A stretch of 64,000 bases of DNA. Source: Alphaproteobacteria bacterium (GTDB lineage Bacteria; Pseudomonadota; Alphaproteobacteria; UBA828; JAPUJA01). A model generated the notes under the pieces. The model did no database searches, had not been told where the DNA came from, and saw only the letters and a program-made list of their open reading frames with translations. The stretch's first letter is position 1. Each line of letters begins with the position of its first letter. Shown one piece after another: positions 51,511-61,165 of the stretch. A program made the position numbers and the translations under genes. The stretch lies in assembly GCA_965249645.1 (NCBI GenBank), contig CBDFML010000009.1, forward strand, positions 20,993 to 84,992, read 5' to 3'.

Positions 51511-51924
51511 ATGACGTCGAAAGAGAACCTCGCCCTGGTCGAGGAGTGGTTTCGCCATTTCCAGGACGGCAACGACGAGGCCCTGCACGGGTTGCAAACC
51601 GACGATATCGTCTGGGACGTGCTCTCGGGCGCGTCCGAGGGCATCGTGCCCTGGCTCGGCGAGTTCCACGGCCGCGCGGGCGTGGACGAGTGTCTCGAGA
51701 AATTTCGGGCCGCAGTGGATGTGGAGGAATTCGAGGTCCGCGCGCTGTTGTCCGACGACGATCACGTGGCGTCCATCGGCTGGGCGCGGTTCACCGCCAA
51801 ACCCAGCGGCACGGTCTTCGAGATGAACTTCGTCGAGTATTTTCATTTCCGGGACGGCAAGATCAGCTATATCCCCGTCTTTGGTGACACGGCGCTCGCC
51901 AACAAGGTGTTCAGCAGCGGCTGA
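51511..51924 (+). CDS. SnoaL/NTF2-like protein
   Basis: DDIVW..VPW.G.FHGRAGV..FRDGKI..DT. Confidence 0.85.
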   Translation: MTSKENLALVEEWFRHFQDGNDEALHGLQTDDIVWDVLSGASEGIVPWLGEFHGRAGVDECLEKFRAAVDVEEFEVRALLSDDDHVASIGWARFTAKPSGTVFEMNFVEYFHFRDGKISYIPVFGDTALANKVFSSG

Positions 51925-51983
51925 GCCGAACACCGGGCGCGCGTCGCCGGGTAATATGGCCCGCTCGCCGACGAGGATCGACC

Positions 51984-53165
51984 ATGGCCAATGAAAATCC
52001 CCGCTTCAGCCACGCGGAATACGCCGCGCGCATCGCGAAGACCCGCGCGGCCATGGAGGCGAAGGGGATCGATCTGCTGATCGCGAGCGATCCGTCCAAC
52101 ATGGCCTGGCTGACCGGTTACGACGGTTGGTCGTTCTACGTCCATCAGGGCGTGCTACTGGCGGGCGACGGCGATCCGGTCTGGTGGGGGCGGGGGATGG
52201 ACGGCCAGGGCGCGAAGCGGACGGTCTTTATGGCGGACGACGACATCGAGGGCTACCCCGACCATTACGTGGAATCGACCGAGCGCCACCCGATGGACTT
52301 CCTTGCCGGCGTCATCAAGGCGCGCGGCTGGGCGGGCGGGACGATCGGCGTGGAGATGGACAATTACTGGTACACGGCCGCCGCCCACGAGGCCCTTGTG
52401 AGCCACCTGCCCAACGCGACCTTCCACAACGCGAACGCATTGGTGAACTGGCAGCGGGTGGTCAAATCGCCCGCCGAGATCGACTATATGACGGCGGCGG
52501 CACGGATTGTCGAGGCGATGCACGCGCGGGTTTTCGAGGTCATGGAGCCCGGCATGCCCAAGAACGCGATGGCAGCGGAAATCCTCGATGTGGCGACCCG
52601 CGGCGTGGATGGGTTCGGCGGCGACTATGCCGCCTTCATGCCCATGTTTCCGTCCGGCGCGGACGCCTCGGCGCCGCACCTGACCTGGGACGAGCGCCCG
52701 TTTAACGCCGACGAGGGCACCTTCTTCGAGCTGGGCGGCTGCTACCGGCGTTATCACTGCCCGCTCTCGCGGACCATCTATCTGGGTAAGCCGCCCCAGG
52801 TCTGGCGCGATGCGGAGGCGGCGTTGCTCGACGGCATCGAGGCGGCGCTCGAGGTCATGCGCCCCGGGCGGGCCTGCGAGGAGGTGGAGGCTGCCTGGCG
52901 CGCCGCCATCGCGCGCCACGGGCTCGAAAAGAAAAGCCGCTGTGGCTATTCCATCGGTCTCTCCTACCCGCCCGATTGGGGCGAGCGCACGTTGAGCCTG
53001 CGTCCGGGCGATACCACCGAGTTGATACCCGGCATGACCATTCACTTGATGCCGGGACTGTGGTTCGACGACTGGGGCCTCGAGATCACCGAGAGCGTGC
53101 GAATCACCGACGGCGGGGCGGAGCCGTTCTGCCACACCCCGCGCAAGCTGTTGGTCAAGGATTAG
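51984..53165 (+). CDS. doeA: Ectoine hydrolase DoeA/EutD
   Basis: DPSNMAWLTGYDGWSFYVHQ, STERHPMD, SAPHLTWD, SYPPDWGERT. Confidence 0.92.
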   Translation: MANENPRFSHAEYAARIAKTRAAMEAKGIDLLIASDPSNMAWLTGYDGWSFYVHQGVLLAGDGDPVWWGRGMDGQGAKRTVFMADDDIEGYPDHYVESTERHPMDFLAGVIKARGWAGGTIGVEMDNYWYTAAAHEALVSHLPNATFHNANALVNWQRVVKSPAEIDYMTAAARIVEAMHARVFEVMEPGMPKNAMAAEILDVATRGVDGFGGDYAAFMPMFPSGADASAPHLTWDERPFNADEGTFFELGGCYRRYHCPLSRTIYLGKPPQVWRDAEAALLDGIEAALEVMRPGRACEEVEAAWRAAIARHGLEKKSRCGYSIGLSYPPDWGERTLSLRPGDTTELIPGMTIHLMPGLWFDDWGLEITESVRITDGGAEPFCHTPRKLLVKD

Positions 53166-53175
53166 GGCGCCCCCT

Positions 53176-54186
53176 ATGCCGCCCGACGCCTTGCCGCCCA
53201 GCCCCATCGTGCCGAGTGTCGACTTCGAAGCCGACGGCGCGCAGCACGGCCATCTGCGCCTGCCCTGGTCGCGCGATGAGTCGGCCTGGGGCTCGCTGCT
53301 GATCCCCGTCAGCGTGATCGGCATGGGCGACGGCCCCACCGCGCTGTTTACCGGCGGCAATCATGGCGACGAATTCGAAGGACCGATTGCACTGCTCAAC
53401 CTCGCCCGCACCCTCGATCCCGCCCGCATGGCCGGGCGTGTCATCATCCTGTCGGGGCTCAACTACCCTGCGCTGAGTGCCGGCGTGCGGACCTCGCCTA
53501 TCGACGGCGGCAACATGAACCGCAGCTTTCCGGGCCGGCCCGACGGCACGATCACCGAGAAGATCGCCGACTATGTGCAGCGCTACCTGCTGCCCCGCGC
53601 CGACCTCGTCGCCGATATCCATTCCGGCGGCAAGACACTCGAATTTGTGCCTTTCGCCGCCTGCCACCTGCTTGACGACAAAGCCCAGGAAGCCCGTTGC
53701 CGGGCGGCGCGGGATGCGTTCGGCGCACCCTATAGCCTGGCGATGCGCGAGATCGACGCTGTCGGCATGCTCGACAGCGCGGCCGAAGCGATGGGCAAAA
53801 ATTTTGTCACCACGGAGCTGGCCGGCGGCGGCACCACCCGGCCCGAGACCCTGCGCATTGCGGAGCGAGGGTTTATTAACTTATTGATCCATATGGAAAT
53901 TCTAGACGGAAAGCCGGACACCGTGCCAACCGTCCATCTTGCAATACCCGACGATGACTGCTTCGCGTTTGCCGAGCATGCCGGGTTGATCGAGCCCTGT
54001 GCCGGTTTGGGCGACGAGGTCGCGGCGGGCGATCTGTTGGCTCGGGTCCACGACCTCGCACACACGGGCAGCGCACCCGTCGAGTACCGCGCGCCCCGCG
54101 CCGGCCTGCTCGCCGGGCGCCATTATCCAGGACTGATACAGCCGGGCGATTTCCTCGCCGTAATCGCCGAGGGTGTGGGCGATTAG
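53176..54186 (+). CDS. doeB: N(2)-acetyl-L-2,4-diaminobutyrate deacetylase DoeB/EutE
   Basis: SRDESAWG, GGNHGDEFEG, NMNRSFPGRPDG, DIHSGG; follows doeA. Confidence 0.9.
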   Translation: MPPDALPPSPIVPSVDFEADGAQHGHLRLPWSRDESAWGSLLIPVSVIGMGDGPTALFTGGNHGDEFEGPIALLNLARTLDPARMAGRVIILSGLNYPALSAGVRTSPIDGGNMNRSFPGRPDGTITEKIADYVQRYLLPRADLVADIHSGGKTLEFVPFAACHLLDDKAQEARCRAARDAFGAPYSLAMREIDAVGMLDSAAEAMGKNFVTTELAGGGTTRPETLRIAERGFINLLIHMEILDGKPDTVPTVHLAIPDDDCFAFAEHAGLIEPCAGLGDEVAAGDLLARVHDLAHTGSAPVEYRAPRAGLLAGRHYPGLIQPGDFLAVIAEGVGD

Positions 54187-54947
54187 ACGCGCAGCAGGCG
54201 GCCGTAGCCGGTGATGGGGTCGGTGTAGCCGCTCAGGCGCAGCGCGTCCCAGAACAGGCACTGGTTGCTGGAAAACACCGGGCAGACGAGATCGGCTTCC
54301 AGCGCCTCGGCTACCTCGACGCCGCGCAGCGCCGTGCAGGAGATGAACAGGGCGTCCGCCTCGTCGTCGCAGGATGCGACCGCGGCGCGGCGGATGGCGT
54401 CGGGCGAGACCCGGCACATGTCGATATCGTTTTCCAGCCCGAAGGCGGCAAGATTGAGCACCGTGATGCCGTTCTCCGCCAAAAAATGGAGCATCGGCTG
54501 GTTCACGTTGTCGATGTAGGGCGTGAGCATGGAAATCTTGTGCACCTTGAACATCTCGAACGCCTTGAGCGCAGCGGTAATCGGCGTCGTGACGGGCAAA
54601 CCGGGCCGGCCCGCGCCGATCTGGGCGGCGACCTCGTCATAGCCCATCGCCACCGTCGCCGACGTGCAACCGTAGGCGATGGCGTCAAGCGGGTGGCCCG
54701 CGACCAGGCTTGCGGCCGCCGCGGCAAGTTGCGGCCCCATGGTGCGCAGGTTTTCGATGGTGGTGGGGTTGGTCTGGATGACCCGCGCCGTGTGGAACAT
54801 CGCGCCGTCGGGAAGCAGACGGTGAAAATCCGCCTCGATTGTGATGTCCGTCGAGAGCGCGATCAACCCCAGCCGGTGGCAGACCGCTGGCTCGCCGAAG
54901 ATGTCGGCGTCGGTGATCGGGTCGGTGGTGACGGTCCTGGTGCTCAT
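54183..54947 (-). CDS. eutA: EutA-like Asp/Glu racemase / maleate isomerase family protein
   Basis: YGCTSA, LTPY, FISCTAL, SSNQ; adjacent to doeAB. Confidence 0.75.
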   Translation of the reverse strand: MSTRTVTTDPITDADIFGEPAVCHRLGLIALSTDITIEADFHRLLPDGAMFHTARVIQTNPTTIENLRTMGPQLAAAAASLVAGHPLDAIAYGCTSATVAMGYDEVAAQIGAGRPGLPVTTPITAALKAFEMFKVHKISMLTPYIDNVNQPMLHFLAENGITVLNLAAFGLENDIDMCRVSPDAIRRAAVASCDDEADALFISCTALRGVEVAEALEADLVCPVFSSNQCLFWDALRLSGYTDPITGYGRLLRV

Positions 54948-55071
54948 GGTGTGCGTGTCCGGTCTCGGGTTCGGACCCCAGTGTTGGAGGCGTCGGCCGG
55001 GGATGCAAGTATATCCCGACGATGTGGCGAGACGCTCCGGTCGTCTGGCCAGGACACGAAAGGGTCGAGCA

Positions 55072-55674
55072 ATGGATCAAGACAGAGTTGAAAATGTACA
55101 AGGCGGCTCGCCCGGCGAGCCCGTGACGGTCGTAATCGTGCGGACGGTCAGGCCCGGCAAGGAAGCGGCGTTCGAGACCTGGATCAAGGAGATTACCGAG
55201 GCGCAGGCCCGGTTCGACGGCTATCAAGGCGCGACGGTGATCCGTCCTCAGGGCGCCGGAAACGCCGAATATCTGGTGCTCGTACGCTTCGACGATTGCG
55301 CTGCGCTCACGCGCTGGCGGGCCTCGCAGGAATTCAACGAGCTGATCGAGAAATCCATGGCGCTGGCGGACCTTCACATGCACAGCGTCCAGACCGGCAT
55401 GGATACCTGGTTCAGCGTCGAGGGTCACCCGATGCCTCTACCGCTGCCCCGGTACAAGATGGCAATAACGGCAGGTCTCGCGATCTTTCCGCTCGTCCTG
55501 CTGCTCGCCTACGGCCTCGGCTGGGCGCTGGTCGACTTGTCGTTGCCGGTGAAGGTTCTCATCAACACCGCGATTCTGACCCCCCTGATGACCTGGATTG
55601 CGATGCCCTTGCTCAACCGGCTGCTCTGGCCGTGGCTGTTCCCGGGCATGGCCCGCCCGTCCGCGGCGCACTGA
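55072..55674 (+). CDS. ABM (antibiotic biosynthesis monooxygenase) domain membrane protein
   Basis: VRPGKEAAFE.W, TGMDTWF, PRYKMA, two TM helices. Confidence 0.82.
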   Translation: MDQDRVENVQGGSPGEPVTVVIVRTVRPGKEAAFETWIKEITEAQARFDGYQGATVIRPQGAGNAEYLVLVRFDDCAALTRWRASQEFNELIEKSMALADLHMHSVQTGMDTWFSVEGHPMPLPLPRYKMAITAGLAIFPLVLLLAYGLGWALVDLSLPVKVLINTAILTPLMTWIAMPLLNRLLWPWLFPGMARPSAAH

Positions 55675-55796
55675 GCGGGGTGTGACCGTCTGTGTGAAGT
55701 GGCGTAGGGTTGTAATCGGAACGGGTCGGGCGGACATTGCGAGCCGGGTCAATGGCCTGGCCTATAGAGCAGGTGTGCCGAGCGGGGGAACGCTCC

Positions 55797-57113
55797 ATGG
55801 CGACGAGTGACGCGACAGGCGACGGCGAGAGGGATCCACTGCTGGCAATTGCCGAAGCAACTGCCTTGTCAGTGGGCGACGAGTTCCTCGAGACGCTGAT
55901 CTCATCCATGCGTCGAAGTATGGATGTGGATCTCGCCCTGATCGCGACAGCAGAGGGCAGGCCACCGATCCGCGCGCGGGCACTCTACGCGTATGAAGGG
56001 AGCGCGCCCGCGCGGGCCGCCGATTTTGTGTACGACCTGAAGGGCACACCGTGCGATATCGTCATCGCGGGAAGCCGGTTGATCGTGCCGTGCGATTTCG
56101 CCGACCGCTTTCCCAAGTGGCCCGAATACGACAGCTATATCGGGGTTCCGCTCCTGAATTCTCTGGGGGTGGTCGCGGGTCATCTGGCCGTATTCTCGAA
56201 CGGGCCGATCGGCGAACCGGCGGGAGCCGAAAGCATCGTCCGCCTGTTCGGGCTGCGCGCCGAGACGGAGCTTCGGCGGATCGAGACCGAACGCGAACAG
56301 GCGCGGATGCTCGACGAGCAGCGCATCCTGTCGGGGCGGTTGGCCAAACGCTACCGCAAGGTTCACGAAGCCAACGCCTACAAGACCCGGTTGATGGCCA
56401 TGATCGCGCACGATCTGCGCAACCCGCTTGCTGCGCTGACCAGCCGGGCCGAGTTCATTGAGCAGCTTCTCGACCGCGGCTCCGACGAACCCGACAAGGT
56501 AAAATCCAGCTGCGAAGACATCGTCGATAGCGCGGAACGCATGGCCCGGCTGATCGGTTCAATTCTCGACCAGGCACGCGAGGAAACCGATCGTCTCGTT
56601 GTCACGCGGGACGTGGTCAAGCTCGAGACCGCGGCCACCGTTGCCGTAGACGCCAACCGGGACGCGGCAGCGGCCAAGGCGATTAATCTTGAGATCGACA
56701 TTTCCGAGCCGGTCTATGTCGAGGGCGATGAAGATCTTCTGATTCAGGCCGTGGATAACCTGGTTGCGAACGCGATCAAATATTCTCACTCCGACACGAC
56801 GGTTCATATTGCGATCGTACTGGACGACGGTGCTGCGGTGCTTCGGATCAGCGATCAGGGGCTGGGATTGACGGAGGAGGATCTGTCTCGCGCGTTTGGA
56901 GAATTCGTGACGCTCTCGGCGCGGCCCACGGGAGGCGAGCTGTCTCTGGGGCTGGGTCTCGCCACGGTTCGGCGCATTGTCGAGGCGCATGACGGCGAGA
57001 TCGCCGTGACTAGCGAGGGTCGCGACCTGGGGGCGACCTTTACGATCCGACTGCCGGCTCTCGAAGTCCCGGATGACGGCGCGTTCGCAGGGCAGGGTTC
57101 TTCGGTTCACTAA
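55797..57113 (+). CDS. GAF-domain sensor histidine kinase (no cognate response regulator nearby)
   Basis: GTPC..SYIGVPL GAF; AHDLRNPL H-box; NLVANAIKYS, DQGLG, GLGLA. Confidence 0.9.
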   Translation: MATSDATGDGERDPLLAIAEATALSVGDEFLETLISSMRRSMDVDLALIATAEGRPPIRARALYAYEGSAPARAADFVYDLKGTPCDIVIAGSRLIVPCDFADRFPKWPEYDSYIGVPLLNSLGVVAGHLAVFSNGPIGEPAGAESIVRLFGLRAETELRRIETEREQARMLDEQRILSGRLAKRYRKVHEANAYKTRLMAMIAHDLRNPLAALTSRAEFIEQLLDRGSDEPDKVKSSCEDIVDSAERMARLIGSILDQAREETDRLVVTRDVVKLETAATVAVDANRDAAAAKAINLEIDISEPVYVEGDEDLLIQAVDNLVANAIKYSHSDTTVHIAIVLDDGAAVLRISDQGLGLTEEDLSRAFGEFVTLSARPTGGELSLGLGLATVRRIVEAHDGEIAVTSEGRDLGATFTIRLPALEVPDDGAFAGQGSSVH

Positions 57114-57141
57114 GCCGCCGGGGCGTTCGCCCAGAGGTCGG

Positions 57142-57786
57142 CTACTCGGCGTCGGGCTGGCGTTTCGGGTGGGTTTCGCTGAATGCCGGACGGGCGAGGA
57201 GTGCGTCGTTCAGCGCGACGATCTTCGGGTAGGGCGCAAGGTCGCAGTCGAAGCGGTTGGCGTTGAAGACCTGGGGCACGAGGCAGATATCCGCGAGCGT
57301 CGGCGCCTCTGCGAAACATACCCCGCGGGTCGGCGCGTCGTCGGGCAACGAGGCTTCGAGCGCGGCGAAACCGAGCGCGATCCAGTGATGATACCAGGCG
57401 TGCTTGGTCTCCTCGTCGAGCCTCATCGGCCCGGTCAGACGCTGGAGCACCCGGAGGTTGTTGAGCGGGTGGATCTCGCAGGCAATTGAAAGTGCGAAGC
57501 CCCGAATGCGCGCACGCAAGGCCGCGTCTCCGGGCAACAGGGGCGGCTCGGGGTGGGTTTCGTCGAGATACTCGATTATGGCGAGCGACTGGCCGAGGTG
57601 GAGGTCACCATCCTCGAGCGTGGGCACCAGCGCTTGCGGATTGAGCGCACGGTAGGCCTCCGTGTGCTGCCCGCCGCCGTCCTTCGTGAGATGAACCGAC
57701 GCCGGCTCCCAGTCGAGCCCCTTGAGGGCCAGCGCAATACGCACCCGCCACGCCGCCGAACTGCGAAAATAGGTGTGGAGCTTCAT
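57142..57786 (-). CDS. maiA: Maleylacetoacetate/maleylpyruvate isomerase (GST zeta)
   Basis: YFRSSAAWRVRIAL, QSLAIIEYLDE, IHPLNNLRV. Confidence 0.9.
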   Translation of the reverse strand: MKLHTYFRSSAAWRVRIALALKGLDWEPASVHLTKDGGGQHTEAYRALNPQALVPTLEDGDLHLGQSLAIIEYLDETHPEPPLLPGDAALRARIRGFALSIACEIHPLNNLRVLQRLTGPMRLDEETKHAWYHHWIALGFAALEASLPDDAPTRGVCFAEAPTLADICLVPQVFNANRFDCDLAPYPKIVALNDALLARPAFSETHPKRQPDAE

Positions 57787-57812
57787 AGCGTGCCTCGCTC
57801 CAGCCGAGGTCC

Positions 57813-58106
57813 CTATTCCGGCGCCTGGTCGCAGCTGATGAAGACCGTGTCGGCGGCTTCGTCGCGGTTAGGGATCAATGCCTGATAGGCGTCCGAGGCG
57901 TACCAGGCGCTCACTGTCTCCTGATCGGGAAACTTGAGCACGCCGCTCAGGTTGTAGTCGTGGCTGCCTTGGAGGGCCTGGACGAACTTGCCCCGGAAGA
58001 CGAACTCGCCGCCGAACGCCGCGACGGTGGGGCGCGAGTCCGTGCCATATTGTTTGAACTTCTCCCCATCCTTGATGCGGGCGTGGACGATCACGAAAGC
58101 GGTCAT
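57813..58106 (-). CDS. DUF1330 domain protein
   Basis: FGGEFVFRG, FPD..AWY.S.AYQALI..R. Confidence 0.85.
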   Translation of the reverse strand: MTAFVIVHARIKDGEKFKQYGTDSRPTVAAFGGEFVFRGKFVQALQGSHDYNLSGVLKFPDQETVSAWYASDAYQALIPNRDEAADTVFISCDQAPE

Positions 58107-58152
58107 TTTTACCCCCTATAAAAAAGGACGCGCGCCAGGCGGCGACGTCCGG

Positions 58153-58788
58153 TCAAATCCCGGCGACGGCCCGCTCGATATTGCCGGTGCCGGCCAGGAT
58201 CTCGAAGCGCTTGCCGATGGTGTTGGGCGCGTCCAGGCAGGCAACGATCACGTCCGCGACGTCGTCGCGGGCAATCTTGTCCCATTCGCCGATCGAGGCC
58301 GCGAGACGAACCCCGCCATTTGGTTCGTCGTCGTTGAGATAGCCCGGGCAGACGATGGTGTAATCGAGGCCGCTTGCCGCGAGATGGGCGTCGGCGGCGC
58401 CCTTGGCGCGCATGTAGTGGCGGATTGCCTCGCGCTGGCCCTCGGGATCGTCGGCGCCCATCGAACTCAGCATGATGAAGCGGCGCACGTCGGCCGCGGC
58501 GCAGGCATCGATCAGGCGGATCGCACCCTCCTGGTCGACCGAGATGGTTTTCTCCGGGCCGGTTTTCGAACCCGAGCCGGCGGCGAAGATCACCGCATCG
58601 CAGCCCGCGACCGCGGCGTCGAGCGGCTTCTCGAGGTCGGCCGGAACGCTGACGGCGCCCATGGCCTCGAAGGGCGGCGCTTGGGCGGCATCGCGGAGCA
58701 TCGCGTGAACCTCGTGGTCACGGTCGATCAGCCGGCGGACGATGCGCCTGCCGGTCAGACCGTTGGCGCCGGCGACGAGAACGATCAT
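58153..58788 (-). CDS. NAD(P)H-binding atypical SDR
   Basis: VAGANGLTG, FAAGSG, YMRAK..AD, IARDDVA. Confidence 0.88.
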   Translation of the reverse strand: MIVLVAGANGLTGRRIVRRLIDRDHEVHAMLRDAAQAPPFEAMGAVSVPADLEKPLDAAVAGCDAVIFAAGSGSKTGPEKTISVDQEGAIRLIDACAAADVRRFIMLSSMGADDPEGQREAIRHYMRAKGAADAHLAASGLDYTIVCPGYLNDDEPNGGVRLAASIGEWDKIARDDVADVIVACLDAPNTIGKRFEILAGTGNIERAVAGI

Positions 58789-58936
58789 GGCGATCCGCTC
58801 CTCTCGACCCGTGCACGCAGACGTGAACAGGCTTCATTAGGGTGGCTACGCGTACGAGTGTAGCGTACGTCCTGCGGTTGGGGTCAAGGGCAACCGACTG
58901 AGAGCCGACGTGCCACAGCCCGAAGGGTACACAACC

Positions 58937-61090
58937 ATGGTCGATCAACTCATCGGATATTTGGCGCTCGTGCGCCGTGCTTTCGGAATCGCGGATCGCG
59001 GCATTGGGTCGTTTCTCGATCTCGCCATCCGTCTTTCGATCGCCGGCATGTTCTGGAGTTCGGCTATCGTCAAGATCTCCAACTGGCCGGTGGCGCTGGA
59101 ACTTGCGCGAGCCGAATACCCGGTAAGTTGGATGGACCCGGTGGCGGCGGCCTGGTTGGGCCTGGGGATCGAGCTGATCTGCCCCGTGTTTCTCGCCTTC
59201 GGCCTGTTTACCCGGCTCGCCGCGCTGCCGCTCATCGCGCTTTCGCTGATCATCCAGTACGAGTATCTCGCCCTGCCCGAGCACCTGTTCTGGGCCATCT
59301 TGCTGGGGCTGATCGCGATGCGCGGTGCCGGTGCGCTCTCGCTCGACCACCTGTTTGGCCGCGCACTGGTCCGCTCGGCGCTGCCGTTTACCGCGACCGC
59401 GGAAGCTGCGATTGCCACGCTTACCCGCTATGGCGGCTCGGGCTACCAACTCTTCATCCGGCTATGGATGGCGCATATCTTCTGGCAGTCGGGCCTGGTC
59501 AAGATCCAGAGCTGGCAGACCACCCTGTTCCTGTTCGAATACGAATATCAGATTCCGATCCTAGGGCCAGTCACGGCGGCCTATCTGGGTACGGCCACCG
59601 AGCTCGTCGCCCCGGTGCTGATCGCTTTCGGGCTGGGTGCGCGGTTCGCGGCGATCCCGCTCATTATCATGACCGGCTTCATCCAGTTCACCTATCTCGA
59701 CAAGTTGGAGCATTTCTACTGGATGATGCTGTTTGCCCAGATTGCGTTGCGCGGCGCAGGCCCGCTCTCGCTCGATTTCGGAATCGGCTGGCTGTTGGCG
59801 AAGCGCTTTCCACAGCTTGCAGGCAAACCCGCATTTTCGCTCGAGGGCTTGCCCCGGGTGGTGATCGTGGGCGCGGGCTTCGCCGGCCTGGCGGCGGCGC
59901 GCGGGCTCGCCATTGCACGCGCCCAAGTCACGGTCGTCGACCGCTGGAATTATCACCTGTTCCAGCCGCTGCTCTACCAGGTCGCGACCGCGAGTCTCGC
60001 GCCCGCCGACATCGCGACGCCGATCCGCAGCCTGCTGCGCGACCAGTTCAACACCCGGGTTCTGCTCGACGAGGTCACGGGCGTCGATACGGCGAGCCAG
60101 GAGGTGCTGATCGGCGAGCAGCGCATCGGCTACGACTATCTTGTGCTGGCGACCGGTGCGCGGCACAGCTATTTCGGCAAGGACGACTGGGAGGCCTTTG
60201 CGCCGGGGCTCAAGCAGGTCGACGATGCGACCGCGATCCGTCGCCGGATTCTCTCGGCCTTCGAGCGGGCCGAAAGCGCGGACGACGAAGCCGAGCGGCG
60301 GCGTTTGCTCACCTTCATCGTCGTCGGCGGCGGCCCGACGGGGGTCGAGCTGGCCGGGGCGATCGCCGAGCTTGCACGCTTCGGCATGGAAAAGGAGTTT
60401 CGCACGTTCGACCCGGCGGACGCGCGGGTGGTGCTGATCCAGTCGCCCGACCGGGTGTTGCCGTCCTTTCCGGACGTTCTCTCGGCCAAGGCGAAGGCGG
60501 CGCTGGAAGAACTCGGTGTCGTGGTTCGGGTCAGCTCGCGCGTCGAGCATGTGGACGCGGACGGCGCCATCGTCGGCGGCGAGCAGATCGAGGCGCGCAC
60601 GGTGTTGTGGGCGGCAGGCGTGATCGCCTCGCGCGCGGCGCGCTGGCTGGACGCGGAGGCCGACAAGGCGGGCCGCGTCAAGGTCGAAGCGGATTTTTCG
60701 CTCCCGAACCGACCGGAAATCTTCGTCGTCGGCGACACGGCGCTGGCCGTGGACGCTGCGGGGCGAACCCTGCCGGGCCTCGCCCCCGCCGCAAAGCAGG
60801 CGGGCGAGCAGGTTGCGAAACTGATCAAGGCGCGAATCGCGGGCAAGCCCGAGCCCAAAGCATTCCGTTATAAGGACATGGGCAGTATGGCGACGATCGG
60901 GCGGAAGTCCGCGGTCGCCGATTTCGGCCATGTTCGCTTGTCGGGCATGCCGGCCTGGTGGCTGTGGGGCCTCGTCCATGTCGCCTTCCTGGCCGGCGCG
61001 CGAAACCGGCTCTCGGTGATGGTCGAGTGGGTCTGGGCCTACCTGACCTACCGGCGCAGTATCCGGCTGATCACAGGAACCGGAAACTGA
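58937..61090 (+). CDS. Fusion of two DoxX membrane domains with a type II NADH:quinone oxidoreductase
   Basis: Two DoxX units (R..FW.S..VKI..W..EY..EL..PV..FGL.R.AA.P..GAG.LSLD), then GAGFAG, HLFQPLLYQVAT, GGGPTGVELAG. Confidence 0.85.
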   Translation: MVDQLIGYLALVRRAFGIADRGIGSFLDLAIRLSIAGMFWSSAIVKISNWPVALELARAEYPVSWMDPVAAAWLGLGIELICPVFLAFGLFTRLAALPLIALSLIIQYEYLALPEHLFWAILLGLIAMRGAGALSLDHLFGRALVRSALPFTATAEAAIATLTRYGGSGYQLFIRLWMAHIFWQSGLVKIQSWQTTLFLFEYEYQIPILGPVTAAYLGTATELVAPVLIAFGLGARFAAIPLIIMTGFIQFTYLDKLEHFYWMMLFAQIALRGAGPLSLDFGIGWLLAKRFPQLAGKPAFSLEGLPRVVIVGAGFAGLAAARGLAIARAQVTVVDRWNYHLFQPLLYQVATASLAPADIATPIRSLLRDQFNTRVLLDEVTGVDTASQEVLIGEQRIGYDYLVLATGARHSYFGKDDWEAFAPGLKQVDDATAIRRRILSAFERAESADDEAERRRLLTFIVVGGGPTGVELAGAIAELARFGMEKEFRTFDPADARVVLIQSPDRVLPSFPDVLSAKAKAALEELGVVVRVSSRVEHVDADGAIVGGEQIEARTVLWAAGVIASRAARWLDAEADKAGRVKVEADFSLPNRPEIFVVGDTALAVDAAGRTLPGLAPAAKQAGEQVAKLIKARIAGKPEPKAFRYKDMGSMATIGRKSAVADFGHVRLSGMPAWWLWGLVHVAFLAGARNRLSVMVEWVWAYLTYRRSIRLITGTGN

Positions 61091-61165
61091 TTGCCCGGAA
61101 GGGGCCTTTTCGCCGGCCTTGAGGCGGAGTATGGTTCGCGCCTCGAATTCTTGGGGGATCGTCAC

